DNA of 64,000 nt, taken from contig CM082587.2 in assembly GCA_040954595.2 (NCBI GenBank), positions 3,294,275 to 3,358,274 of the forward strand. Direction: 5' to 3'. The first letter of the stretch is position 1, and each line of letters opens with the position of its first letter. Shown piece by piece: positions 39,601 to 52,231 of the stretch. The notes under the pieces were generated by a model. The model worked only from the letters and a program-made list of their open reading frames with translations, made no database searches and was not told the DNA's origin. Origin of the DNA: Balanoglossus misakiensis (taxonomy: Eukaryota; Animalia; Hemichordata). The position numbers were made by a program, and so were the translations under genes.

Positions 39601-42600
39601 AGTATTGACTCCTTTTTGTGACTTGGCAGTTAACTATAAACAGACCAAAACGTTTAGCGTAATTCAAAACGTAATGACTCCTATTGATTTTCTGCTGGTG
39701 GACTCAGGGGGAAAATGTGTAGAACTCTTTTCAATATGTAATACATGTCTTTGAATTTGTTTCTTGTACGTCCAACAGACCGTTCATGAAGACAACCAAA
39801 GATTGGTTACTGAGAAGGACAAGATTATCCGCGACTTGGAAAAATCAGTGAATGAAAAAGACAGAGAGCTGCAGGTAGGAGGTTTTTGCATACTCTTAAG
39901 GTAGATGTCACCTTGGAATAAAATTTCAAACAATATCGGAACTGATTTCTGCACCCACGGAGGAATTCACAGTTAAATAAAACACTCGTAGAACACTTGA
40001 ACCTGTTTGTTCAACCCATAAAATTCCTTCTCCTCGGTGAAACATTTAAGTTTCCCCCCTTCAACTTGCAGCATCGTATTGATAGCTTATCAGCTTGTGT
40101 CATTGTTCAGTGTCACATAAAAAGCGTTGTTCACAGTCCCTAGTTGTGTTTGTTTTAAAATTTGATACAGTGCCAACGTTTTTAATAGACTATCGCATTC
40201 CATTGTGGTTGGGTCTCACCTGGTGATACGATATGTTGTGGTGTATGCCGTTAGAATTTATTTAGATGCTGGACTGAAAAGGGCATGTTTCCACTGTTAT
40301 TTATGAAGAACGTTTCATTTTTGTGGGGGGAAACTGCTATGTCGTAAAATGCGGAGTTACTACCCTTTCCCACCCCCATATCCAAGTACACGGGTCCGAC
40401 TGAAATTCTAAAAAGCCGTGCAATTTTCAGGGTGTCGAGGACATCCTTACGCGGGCCGGTCGGGAACAGAAAATGGTGATGAACAAGATGAAGGCAGTTA
40501 TCAATGATAGAGATAAAACAATCGAGGTAACCGAAAATAAAGGCCAGAAATGCATGTTATGCATGGGTGGTGTATAGTAAAGGTTCAGTGGCTGTATCTT
40601 GTAACGGTTTGTGAACCCTGACCCCTATCCCACCCCACCTGGTGACCTATGACTTTCAGAAGTGGCCTCCTCAGCAAAATTCAAAGGTTTTTATTACACA
40701 ATATGGTTTGGACTCACTCAGAGATATGCAGTTCACTGGCAGGTTATACACCTGTGCAAGGAATTAATCAGTGAAGCCATATTAATGCCCCAGTGGCCTA
40801 AATAAAGGTGTAATTTTCAACAAGAATAAAAGTGGAAAATGAAAATAACGCAGGTACTAAGACTTGATAAGAAATGGTTTCTCAAAACTGGAGGGAATTT
40901 GCAATTGCATGTAGCTACATGTAAGGTCATCCTTTTCCCACAGTTGCATGAGGTAAACCCTTGGAGATGTTTGAACAAGGCATGTCAGTTTAGTCCAATA
41001 AAAATCCATTGTACTGGGTTTGTATGGGTTACAAGGTGTAGGTGGACAAATTTTTATTGTATCAGTGATGTACTTGTCTTCCATTTTTGACAGAAATTGA
41101 TTGAGCGAGGCCGTGAGAAAGATCGCCTGTTCCGTGAAATCCAAAATGGACCCTTGACCGCCCCCAAGCCAGTGGTTCGACATGATGACTTTGAACTCAA
41201 GGAAAAAATAGCCATGCTTGAAACTGAAGTTGAAGAAAAGCAAGGTATGTAGGGGTGGCAAATAATATTTTGAGAATGTATAAAATTGAGATGCTGGTTC
41301 CACCAGGAAAACAAAAGCATACAAACTTTGATTTAATGAGGGCGCTTAATCTGACATTTTAGATACTTTCTGTAATACCAGTTCTTGTTCTGAATTCTAT
41401 TTTCTGAATGTAATTAAATATAATCTCCCAGTATTTCGAAAGAGTATTACGTCAGCGAGGGACGAGTGACTCCCCCATAGCGGCCGTATCCCTCCGAGCC
41501 GATAGGCGAGGAGGGGATACAGCTATGGGGGAGTCACGAGTCTCTGTATCTTCCCTACAAATGTTTTATGGTGAATTTTTCTCCACAGCTGAGATTGAGA
41601 GACTGACATCATCAGAGCCAGGGTCTGATGACATGATGGACAGAGTGAGAGACGAGTTGGACGGCAAGAGCGATGAGTTGTCCAGAGCTGAGTGAGTACA
41701 CATCTTGCACCACTCTAGTTAGCTTCTTTTCTTTATACCACAAAATGTGAAATCGGTGACATCTGTCCCACGCAATCTCAAACCAAGGATGTCATAAAGC
41801 AAAGAATGAATGTCAGGAGTAGCTTTATAGTTTGATCCAATCAATACATCAAACAAACTACAATGTGACACAAAACATATAAAAAATCTCAGTCTCAATG
41901 CAAGTGAAAGACAGTCGCGCACACGTACATTGATTTCACAAAGCGCACTGTCGTATTCTGAAATCATGAAAATTATAGAGTCTCATCAGACATGCCATCA
42001 ACCGGTCGGACACCGTTTTGATTACCCTAATTACTGCCATCGATCTCGCTCACACATTGTCTGTTTTGTTTTTGTCAAGGAGGCTCATCAGAGACCTGCA
42101 GACGGCCAACGAGAAGGCCAATAGTGATTTGGTGAGTTGATAGACATTTCTCTGTCACATCCAGTGTAACTGCTGTTAGATTTTGAGAAAGTTTGATTGG
42201 TCTTTGGGAAGAGAAAGAATGGCTTACATGGATAAACTGGGCATTGCAGTTTGCAGCTATTGAATTTTGCTTTAAGGGGAGGAGGTGGTGAAGTGGTCTG
42301 ATGTGGGTGGAGAGAGGATTTGTTTTAAGTGTTGTGGTACGGTTTTGTGATAAAGTCAATAATCAAGGTGAAGTGGAACCGTGAAAGAGAAAAAAAGGGG
42401 GAAAAATCACTAAAAACAAAGTATCAAGATAAAATTGTATTATCAATGAAATTGTATTGTCAGGAAAGAATGTGAAAGAGATATTAAAAGGTCACTATCA
42501 AGAAACATTAGATAGGATAGTTCACTATTTGGCAAAGGGGGTTATGATATTTTTAAATATTGTCTGAGTCATAATAAACCTTTAAAATTGTGTCATTTTG

Positions 42601-45600
42601 ATGATAAGACTGTATATTTTTGTTCTTATCATTCACGAAAAACTATCCTGAATAATTTTTTTTTTATTCGACCCTGAAAATATAAAGTTTCTCTTCTTGG
42701 GTAATTTCCCTACCCAACCCTTACCCCTGAGATGAAATGGTTTTGCCCTGTCTCTAGAACACACAATATTTGTAGTAGTGACTTTGGTGACGGTGTTAAA
42801 GGCACTCGTGCGTGTTCCCTCATGAAGTGGTGACATTGTAACAAGTGCAAGATATCGTGACACCGCTGTTCGTAAAGCCAAAATGAACGGTTTCCACAAA
42901 CCGTACGGCAGCATAGGCTGTTTTTACGAAGCCAGACCACCTTCAAACCACCTGCCGGCATGGGCTGCCATGAAGGCTAACATAACCAGTCTGCAGCTTG
43001 AGTTGGATATCTGCTGGAGGGTGAGAGACTGATTGCAATGGTGAAGTTTCTGTGACTTATCGTGTGTTAGACCAGAAAGTGTTGCTATGGAAATTGTCAG
43101 AATTGTCATGCTTGTAGCAACTATTCTCTCTGAAGGGGAATGACCACATGCAGGTCATTATCGTAAATTGACAGAAGGAAAGAAATCTGTCTCATGTTTT
43201 TATTTTCTGGCAAGAAAGTGACCGCTGTGTGTTCACTGCAACTTGAGAATAAGCAGGCGGCAAAATAGCCGTGTAATTTGTAAGAACCTGGTCACTCATG
43301 TGAAACCTCTTAGATAGACTTAAACAAAGCAACTAGATTCTTGTGTTTTGCTGTTTCAAGGTGCTATAATTTTACCAGGCTGACAGACCCCTGGTCGGGT
43401 GAACAATGAAATGGGGTTTTAATTGTCAGGCACACAAAAAAGGCGGGTGAAATTTAATTCCAGTTTACGCACAGTACCGTCTCAGTAGATGCACAGATCG
43501 ACTACGGTCTGTTTATCCTCGTAGTATCACTGTTTCAAACAAAAGTTCACCTCAAACCAGCAGCCAGTCCCAAACAGATGCATGTATTTCACTACCAGGT
43601 GGAGCTGGCTGCTGGAGTGTATTTTTAAAACACTGTCATTTGTTTTGTCTCGCTTGTAGGACCAACTGAGAAAACAGAGCTTGGAACTCCAGAATGAGAT
43701 GAAAGAGAAGGAGAAACTGGTTGACTCTCTCATCAAAGCTGGCAGTGTCAAAGAATCCCTCATCAAGGTAAAAACAAAACTTGCTATAGTAAACTGAAAA
43801 GGACTTGTATAGACCAATAGCATATATGTTGGGATTCTTGGTATAATTTGGCACCTTGAAAATGGCCATTGTGAGTGACTCAGACCTTTTTTTTCACAGG
43901 AGTTGGAACAGAAGGTTGATTACACCAGACAAGGGAATGCTAGCCCAAGCATTAGCTCTCAAAGTCAGGAGGTGCAAAATGCTCTCCAAAAACAACTTCG
44001 AGAGATCGAGAGCCTGAAAACTGCCTGCCATGCTGAGAAGGTGCTGTACGAGAACATGAGGCGCAACAGCCCAACCTATGGGTCTGTGGAGGAGAGCGCT
44101 GAGAAGGAATCCCTGTTGTGTGAACTGGCCACTGCAGAAATGCTACGTGGCACTCTGGAGGAAAGCGTCAAAGAGAGCATTGCACTCAGAGAACAGCTGG
44201 AGCAGCAACTGACACAGTCACCAGTTTCCAGTGGTATCAGCAGCAATGGAAGTGAGTGTTTTTTGTTTCCTTCCAAATTTTTCTGAATTGTTCTAACAAT
44301 TTCTTGTTTTGTCAGTACGTTGAGGTTAGAATAACTGTTGTCTACACTTGGAGAATTTCAAACTGATTCCTGTTTTTCAATTCATTTCTTCAACCAGCTG
44401 ATTTTCCCAGTAACTACGCATACTTGCGTGAAATTGACACACTGAAGGCCGAGTTGCAGGACACTCGTGACAGTAACCGTCAACTGGAGAGACAATTGGC
44501 CGAAGCTGCTCGCAAAACTGATGCAGTGTCCGCCACCAATGGCAACGTTGTACCCATGAAAGCGATGGAACAGTGGTCAAGGAGGGGCATGGCTGACCCC
44601 ATGCTGGAGGACGAAACCGACGATGGACGAAGCATCCCCGGTCAGGAGGACGAGGCCGAAGTGGCCCGAATGGACTCGCTCGCCAAGCTGAAGCAGAGGA
44701 ACACCGAACTGGAAGTGGCGCTCAAGGAAGCTCAGAACCAGAGCCGCAGCCTGCAGAGGCAGCTGGACTTGGCTCTGGAGAACCCAGACGGATCCACCAA
44801 GGAAGACGGCAACGTGGTGGCCATTCTGAAAGAGCAGCTGGACCAGGCGAAGACCTTGATGCACGAGAAGGACCAGGAAATCGAGGACCTGAAGATGAAA
44901 TTCATGGAGAAGGACTATAAGCTGTCATCATACGAGGATCTTCTCAGAGAGAACGAAGAAGTCAAAGAAGAAGTACGCTGCCTTGCTCAGGAGAAGGCAG
45001 ACTACGAGCTCCAGCTGGAAGACCTCAGCTATCAGATCAGCGAATCAGAAGAACAGTCCGGTACCCTGAGAGAGGAAATCAAGAAACTTCAGAATGAGCT
45101 GAAAGACATGTACAACAGTCGAAAGCAGAAGCACAAGGCACTGGACGACAGCTACAAGATCATCAAATCCAAAGATGAGGAGATCAGAGAGCTGAGCAAT
45201 GAGATGGAAGACCTGAAGATTACCAATGAAGCAGAGAACAATGACTTCAGAGAGGAGCTTCAGAGCCTGTCAGATCATGCACGAAAACTGGAAGAACAGA
45301 TTAACCAACTTCACCATGAGAACGACGAAATCAGTGCATACAAAGACAAGGTCGAGAGAGAACTGGAAAAGGTGACCCGAGAAAGTGACAGACTGAAAAG
45401 TGATTGGGATGATTTCAATGCTGAAAACAGTGCCCTGAACACCGAGGTGGCTAACCTCAATCTTGCCAATGAAGAACTTCAGGCTGACCTTGAGAGGCTC
45501 AAGGAAGAGAACGGCAACGTAAGATCCAGTGGAAGCCAGTCGAACAAAGATTACGGTGAACTGAGCGCCGAGATCGCAAACCTCAACACTGCCAACGAAC

Positions 45601-48600
45601 AACTTCAGGCTGATTTGGACCAGCTGAAGAAAGACAACAAGAAACTCACCACCAATCTGCTTGACATCGACCAGGAGAATTATGAGCTCTCCGAAAAGAA
45701 CAATGACCTGGCAGCAAAAAATCAGCAGCTGGACAAAAAGTGCCAGGAACTCACCACGGCGGCCGCAACTCTCAACAGAGAGAAATCAAAGCTGCAGTCT
45801 GACTTGGAAAACAGTGCCAAGGAGAACAACAAACTCAGACGCGATCAACGCAAAGCAGCGGAAGAAAACAGCAACCTGGAATGTGAGATCAGTGAGGTGA
45901 AGGACGCCAAAGAAGCTTTGCAGTCTGAGCTGGACAAAGCAATCGCGGAGAATGGTAAACTGAAATCTGATTACGTCGCTTTCAGGAAAGAAAACAGGGA
46001 ACTTCAGGCTGAACTGGACAAAGCCAACAAGAGGCAGAATAAACTGCAGCTCGATAAGGATAATCTCAGGCAGGAAAAGGAAGATCTACAGAAGGATGCC
46101 ACCGTGGCTGAAAGCAAAGTTGCCAAACTCTCTGACGAACTCTCTCTTGCTAAAGCTAAAGCTGCGCAGGACAATGCCGAGAAAAAGGAGATCATTGCCA
46201 AGAAGGAACGCCTGGAAAGAGAGATCAAAGCTCTCAAGAGCCAAGCAGAATCTGCCAAGCGACAGTTGTCCGCCACTGAGGGACCAGGTCCTGATCAAGA
46301 CCGTGACTTACTTGCCAAAATAAATGACATGGAGAAACAGCATGCAGACTTGAAGGCAGAACTGAAGTATGTGAAATCTAAATTGAGAAATGCTGAGGCG
46401 TCTAACGAATTGCTCTCTAAGCAAATGAAGCTGACCACCGACGGCAAGGAGTCCATGAGCTTCAATCCACAGTTGATTGTTGACATGGCCAACGAGGTAG
46501 AAAGACTGAACACTGAGCTGAAGAAGTCGCAGGAGGAGTGCCGAGCTGCCAAGAAGCAAGACGGCGATGCGCAGGTCCCTAAGAGATTGTCCCAAAGCCA
46601 GGAGAGGCTGAGGGAGGTGAATTCATCTCTGAAGGATCAGATTGAGCTCCTGAGGTCCCAACTGGAGCAGGCCAACAAGAGCAGCAGTGACATCAACAAG
46701 AAGCTGCAAGGCACTGAAGCCACTGTGCGCCAGCTGTCCTACAAGGTGAAGATGTACCGCAACAGGATGAAGTCGGCTGGCATCATCCCTCCTGGATCGC
46801 CGACCATCGGGAGAAGCATCAGCGAAAACTGCCTCTATGGTCACGACGAGGACCTCGACCTGAAGTGGCCCTCGTCTCCGGTCTTCCGCAACGGCGAGGA
46901 CCTTGGCTTTCGCACTCCGTCTCCGAAGAGCAGCCACTCGGGCGCGGACATGTTCCCCGAATACGGCGACAGCTCCGACCCGACAGAGCTGAAAGATCAA
47001 ATCGAGGATCTGAAATGTCAGCTGGAGAAAAGTCGCCAGATGAACTTTCTACTGCAGAGGAAGATCAGCAGTTTGATGGCTGGCAGAGCCGGCAGCCCCA
47101 CCCACAGCCGCGCCAGTCCCACTGACAGCGAACAGGACGCCTGGTTTGAGTACTATGCCAACCATGAGGTCATTGACAAACTCCAGAGCGAAGTGCAGCA
47201 CCTGAATAACCAGCTGGACCACTACAAGAACCTCCACGACTCCCTCCTGCAAGAGGAGAGCATCCAGCGATCGGACTTGAAGAAGATCGAGGACCACAAG
47301 CAGAGCATGAAAGAGAGCGTAAGCTTCCTGGACGGCCAGCGGCAGAGTCTTCAGCGCCTCATCAAGGAGCTCGGCAACGAATTGAAGTGTCTCGCCGCTG
47401 ATAAGTCGGTGTTGACAGCAGACAACAAAGAGCTTGAAGAACAGAACAGAGCTCTGAAGAGAAAGGGTGATGCGCTGAAGGCCAAAAAAGCCTCCTCCAC
47501 TGACGACGGTTCTCCCATCTCCAACAGGAAGATGCAGGAGCTGAATGCGAAAGTTGAAAATCTGAGACAGCAGCTCGTGAAGGCCACAGCTGAGAAAGAA
47601 GCATTGGAAGAACAGAAGTCTGAACTTGAAGAGAAAGCCAAGCACCTTCAGTCACTCAATGAAGATCAGTGGCAACGTGCTGCGTTCGATAAGACAGAGC
47701 ATCTGCAGGATCTTAACCGAGAGGTTGAAGCCCTCCGCCAGCAGCTCTCCGAGTCCAGAGAAATCTGTGAAATGCTGCAGAACCACCTGGAGCAGCTTGT
47801 GCAGACGATGAGTGCCATGGTCCAACAGAACCACGACGGCGAATGGAAGCTGACAACCAAGGTGACCCCAAGAAAACTTGGCATAATGAAGAACAAGTTG
47901 GAACGTTCTAAGAAGCTGTTCTCTGATCTTGACGACACTCTGTCCGGTAAGTAATCTGTACACATTATGCAATTGAAAAAAATAACTGACATACAGAATT
48001 GCTGAATGACACATTTTAAACCTGTCCATTCAAGCATACAATGTGCTCACTTGTCTTTACTTTTTATTCCAGAGTCGCGATCAAACACCTACCTGGCACA
48101 AATTTCCCAGACTGACATGAGACAACCAACCCGTGGCCAGAAGACATCACAATGGCGGGGCATCACAACTGGTGCCACCCAAACTGGCTACGAGTCTGAC
48201 GAGAGTTCCCTGTACAGCGAGGGCAACAAGAGAGGGCGATTTGCAGCCGGCCGGTTGCAATCCAAGTCCAGCCAGACCAGCATCAGTTCCTCAGCCTCGG
48301 TCCGATTCGCCGACACCCACACCTTGGCCGAGTACAACCACCTGAAGAGGAAACTGGAGGAGAGCACCGCCTTGAACGAGTCGCTCAAGGCCGAGCTGGA
48401 GGTCTACAAGAAGGTGGCCTTCGACCGGGATTCCTCATTCGACGGCGCGCCAGATGCAAACTTGGCGCTTGCCGAACATCTGGAGGAAATCCGAATCCTG
48501 AGGAAACGCCTGGAAGAGACTATCGATACCAATGACAAGTTGCGTGAACAGCTTGAAGCCAAATTGGCAGCTGCCTCCGAAGCTGAGGGTGGTGAGTTGA

Positions 48601-51203
48601 ATACATGTATATACAATACATCATGTAGTACAGGTGCTCTGTAGGCAAACCAATTCCTATTATGATCAAAGTTGAAGGTTTTACATGCTGACTTTGTATT
48701 TGTTTTCCCCCTAGATACTGCCATCATCTACCTGCAGCAAACCAACACTGAACTGAGCCAGGAGAACTCTGATCTGAAAGATATGTTGATTGGCAAAGAT
48801 ATGCTACTGACTGACAAAGAAAAGACATTGAAGGATGCCGAGAAGACCTTGGACAGACTCCGCCAGGAATTGATGGTTTCCAAGAAAGAGCAAAGACGGT
48901 GAGATAACTGAGATGCCTGAAATTCCCACACAGTGTTCTATTTCTGTTATCGTGTATTCAACAAACAACAGACCGTACAAAATCCGGTACATTTCAAAGA
49001 TTGGCACTCAACTGTCGATTCTGTTTGTTGCAGACTGAAAGAGGAGACCCAACGTTGGCAGGAGCAGCTGGAAGAGAAGGCCGACCTGAACAAATCGCTG
49101 AAAGTGGAACTGTCCTTCTTCGAGAAACTTGCCAAGAAAGGTAAGAACCACATTAGTCACAGAGCAAGTTCCAGGGCAGAATTAACTACTCATGTCGGCC
49201 ATGCCGAATGAAAGTGGGTGGGGCAACAAGACGTTGCAATGAAACTCTGTGTTCACCAGGATGTATTGGCTTTTGTGAGAATTTGAGAATGAGATGCATT
49301 TGTCCTCTAATGATCTGTTTACGCTTGCAGCTGATGCCAAGAGCAGGCGCTCCCCGTCCTTTAAGGATGGCGCAGGACTTGATTTGAACGAGCTTCTGGC
49401 TGAGTTGCGCCACCTGAGAATCCAATTGGAGAAGAGCATTGATACGAACAATGCCCTCCGTGTCCAACTGGAGCACCTGACCAAGGACCAGCTGTCTCCT
49501 GCATCCAAAGTGACGATCATAACTGGCACCACCGAACGAGACTCCCGTAGACTGTCTCCAAAACAACTCTTTGATGGTGAGTGTCTGGATGAAAACAGTT
49601 CACTGTTATGGACTGCTGCTGTTTACTTTTTGTTATTTTTGACTTCAAGTGCTGCTAGATTGTGCATAATTGTGATCAGCAGAAATTTGCTGACTTTATG
49701 TGTTTATAATCCCTCCCACCTGCAGACAAATATGATGCTGGCAACGGCACAATGAAAGGTGCCTCATCTATGCCCAGCCTTTACACCGGACGAGGCAGTC
49801 CCAAGGCTTCCCCGCAACAAAATGGCCGACAGAGTCCACCCCAGCGCAGAAAGAGAGACGGCCAATATGGCCGACTCAGCCCCACCGCCGCAAATTACCC
49901 TGAGGATCCTGACATCTATTCCGTGTTAGGTATGTGGTCCTCTTCATGTGTAATCAATGCTTAAAACCATGAAAAATGTATCGGGCGATTTTTGAAGTTA
50001 GGTCTACTGCTGAAACCCCTATATAACCCTTATATGGTTCAGCCTGTGTTTTGAGGAATGGTAGTGATTACCACCAGGAACTTCAGAGTTGAAGAACCAC
50101 ATAAAACAGCTCAGCTCCTCGTTTGACATACTCATTGCTGCTTTCCACAACACTAAATTCTCCTTGTTTTTGGCTTTTAGGAGTTGCACCGTTCCGCACG
50201 GACAGCGAAACGTCCGTCTCCAGCAGCCGAAGTGGTGCCGGTGTGGTGCGGGCCATCGGCCATGTCAGCGACTACAACACACTGAAGGAGCACTTGCAGG
50301 AGATGCATGTCCTCCTCGGTGGAGTTGAATCCAGAATCCGAGACCGCAGGCGACTAGCGCTCAAGGTACGTATCAGTGAGGTCTTACACCAAAGAGGAAC
50401 AAAAATATAACAAGACTATGGAAAATTATATTCCTAGACTCAAATATTCTTTAAAAAATTGATGACAATCTGTCTGATCAATCCTAGGGATCATCTGAAC
50501 TACCAATGCTGCGAGAGATGGCACACAGCGTTCACTCCCTCCGCAAATTCCTGGACGAGATGGCTGCCCGGCTGTCCTTCTTCCGCATCGACAAAGTGCC
50601 TTCCATCGAGGAATACGTGAACCAGAAGAGGATCATCGCCAGTCAGGAAACCGTCCTCCAGGAAGCCCTGGAGAGACTGAAGATCACCAATAAGATGAAG
50701 GAAGGATTGGAGCTGGGCCTAATCAACCAGTGTAAGTCTTCTATGGTTTGTGGAATCTGTGGTTGAGTGAGGTTCATGATGGTCAAGTTGTTGATCATTA
50801 TTCCCTGAAAATTGCATCTATAATTATTATAGTTTAAGGATGTACTCCCAATTGGTTTTTCTCATAGCATTACAATGAGAATCAGTTTCACGTGAAAGTG
50901 ATAAAACGTTAATTTGCTGCTTTTTTTCTCCATTTCTCTCACCACTTCCAGTGTCCGAGACTCACAGAATTCTCAGCAAAGCAAAGACCAATCTCGAGGT
51001 AAGGTCTCACGTCGATCGGCATCTTTCAATATACGAGCATTATTTTTACAGAGATTACTTTTTAGTGTGCAGGGGTCTCCACACACTCATGGTTTCTTGT
51101 TTGCAACACTTCTGTGATTTAACAGTAACTGATAAAATACCTTCAATTAATAATTATCTATTTCCTTCTCTTGCAGGGCCGCTCCCGCGTTCCTCGATTT
51201 TAA
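30692..51203 (+). CDS. CDK5RAP2/PDE4DIP: Centrosomin-family gamma-TuRC anchor/activator (CDK5RAP2/PDE4DIP-myomegalin pro-ortholog), about 2744 aa, 36 coding exons
   Basis: CM1 motif QLGSLKKENFSLKLRIFHMEEQM...NIELKVSVEQLRQEL, plus AIGHVSDYNTL and CM2 LINQLSETHRILSKAKTNLE. Exons: 30692-30734, 30884-30951, 31158-31271, 31902-31946, 33101-33177, 33673-33778, 34024-34098, 34266-34328, 34580-34666, 35268-35408, 35659-35817, 36072-36248, 36739-36909, 37331-37360, 37492-37569, 37722-37859, 38092-38175, 38302-38514, 38686-38781, 39779-39874, 40431-40526, 41094-41244, 41589-41691, 42080-42131, 43660-43767, 43900-44251, 44398-47946, 48073-48591, 48715-48898, 49034-49140, 49331-49576, 49726-49929, 50181-50365, 50488-50731, 50952-50998, 51177-51203. 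Phases are consistent and the total is 8235 nt. Confidence 0.9.
35849..35941 (+). mobile_element. ~90-bp TTAA-flanked MITE (piggyBac-like ends), copy 1
   Basis: ttaaccctttcacc...cccattgttttctatgg...ggacctcta...ggtggaagggttaa; homologous to the copies at 55724, 57830 and 62935. Confidence 0.7.
41461..41542. mobile_element. GC-rich palindromic MITE-like hairpin in an intron
   Basis: Outer arms gtgactcccccatagc / gctatgggggagtcac (16 bp perfect) and inner arms gtatccctcc / ggaggggatac. Confidence 0.6.
42883..43020 (+). CDS. Candidate alternative first coding exon of the centrosomin gene (CM1-less isoform)
   Basis: aaaATG with an upstream in-frame stop. 46 open codons MNGFHKPYGSIGCFYEARPPSNHLPAWAAMKANITSLQLELDICWR, then donor AGG|gtgaga in phase 0, in frame with exon 43660. 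Confidence 0.45.
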
Positions 51204-51823
51204 AGCCCATTTTAGACAAACTTTAATGGAATTTTAAAAAACTAAAAAGCAAAAAAAAAATTAAAAATCACAGAAGGGGGGAGCTGGCAGGTCCTGCTCA
51301 AAAAAGACACAGTTAAAACCAGATCATTTGTTACATTGAAACCACCAAAAAATAGTCTTTGGTCGATTACAATGTGAGCCTTGACTTCAAGACCTAAACT
51401 GGAAGGAACAAGGATAGAGAGAGAAGAGAGAGAGAGAGAATGATTAACTGGAGGAATTTTTGTGACCATACGCTACTGTTGAAAGGAACTGTTGAGTATT
51501 TATACTTGTCTGTGCCAGATGTGCAACATTGAAACATCGAGAGAAGAAGTGTTGAGTTATCGCCTGTTGAGAAATTGTAACATCTGTCAATCTGTTGAGA
51601 GGAGTCAGGATCTACTACCAAACAGCGGCACCAACATCTGTGTCATCTCCGCAGCCAACGTTACCATCTGCAAAGTCTCGTACCATGGGCACCATCGTTC
51701 AGGGGTATTTGAATGGGGGTCACTGGGGTTTTGCTTTCAAGTGTCATTTTGTTCTCATTACCATCTTGTTGTGTGACGAGCCAAGAAATTCATCGTGTTG
51801 GCTCCTAAATCAGCCCATGTCTC

Positions 51824-52231
51824 TCCTGAAGGGTGAAACGCTTGTGGATCCCTGAAGGGGAACATATAACATCTTTGTGCGGCTTGATTTGGCTACCCTG
51901 TCCAGGAGCATACGAATGGGTGATTGGGTCATTTTGGCTCGGAAGTTGCACCATCCCTGAAGGAGGAAGCACTCGTCAACCATACCATCTACCTCCCTCC
52001 CTCCCTCCCCACTCCGGCTGCTGATCCCTGATGGGGTGTATAACATCTTGTGCAATTTCCACTTTTCCCCAGGACATATGTGAATGGTCAGAGGTGGTCT
52101 GTTGTGTAGTGTTTTTGGGAGCAAATTTAACATCACTGCTTCATGGTTGCACTCTTTTCCTGAAGGGTGAAGCGCCGTACATTTCCCAGTATGGCTGTGA
52201 ATCTCTGAAGGGACCTGTAACATCTTGTGCA
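51824..52231 (+). repeat. Diverged tandem repeat with a period of about 177 bp, in the presumed 3' UTR
   Basis: ATC(C/T)CTGA(A/T)GGG...TAACATCTT(T)GTGC at about 51847, 52023 and 52200. CCAGGA..CATA..GAATGG at about 51902 and 52069. CCTGAAGG at about 51825, 51956 and 52159. Confidence 0.7.
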
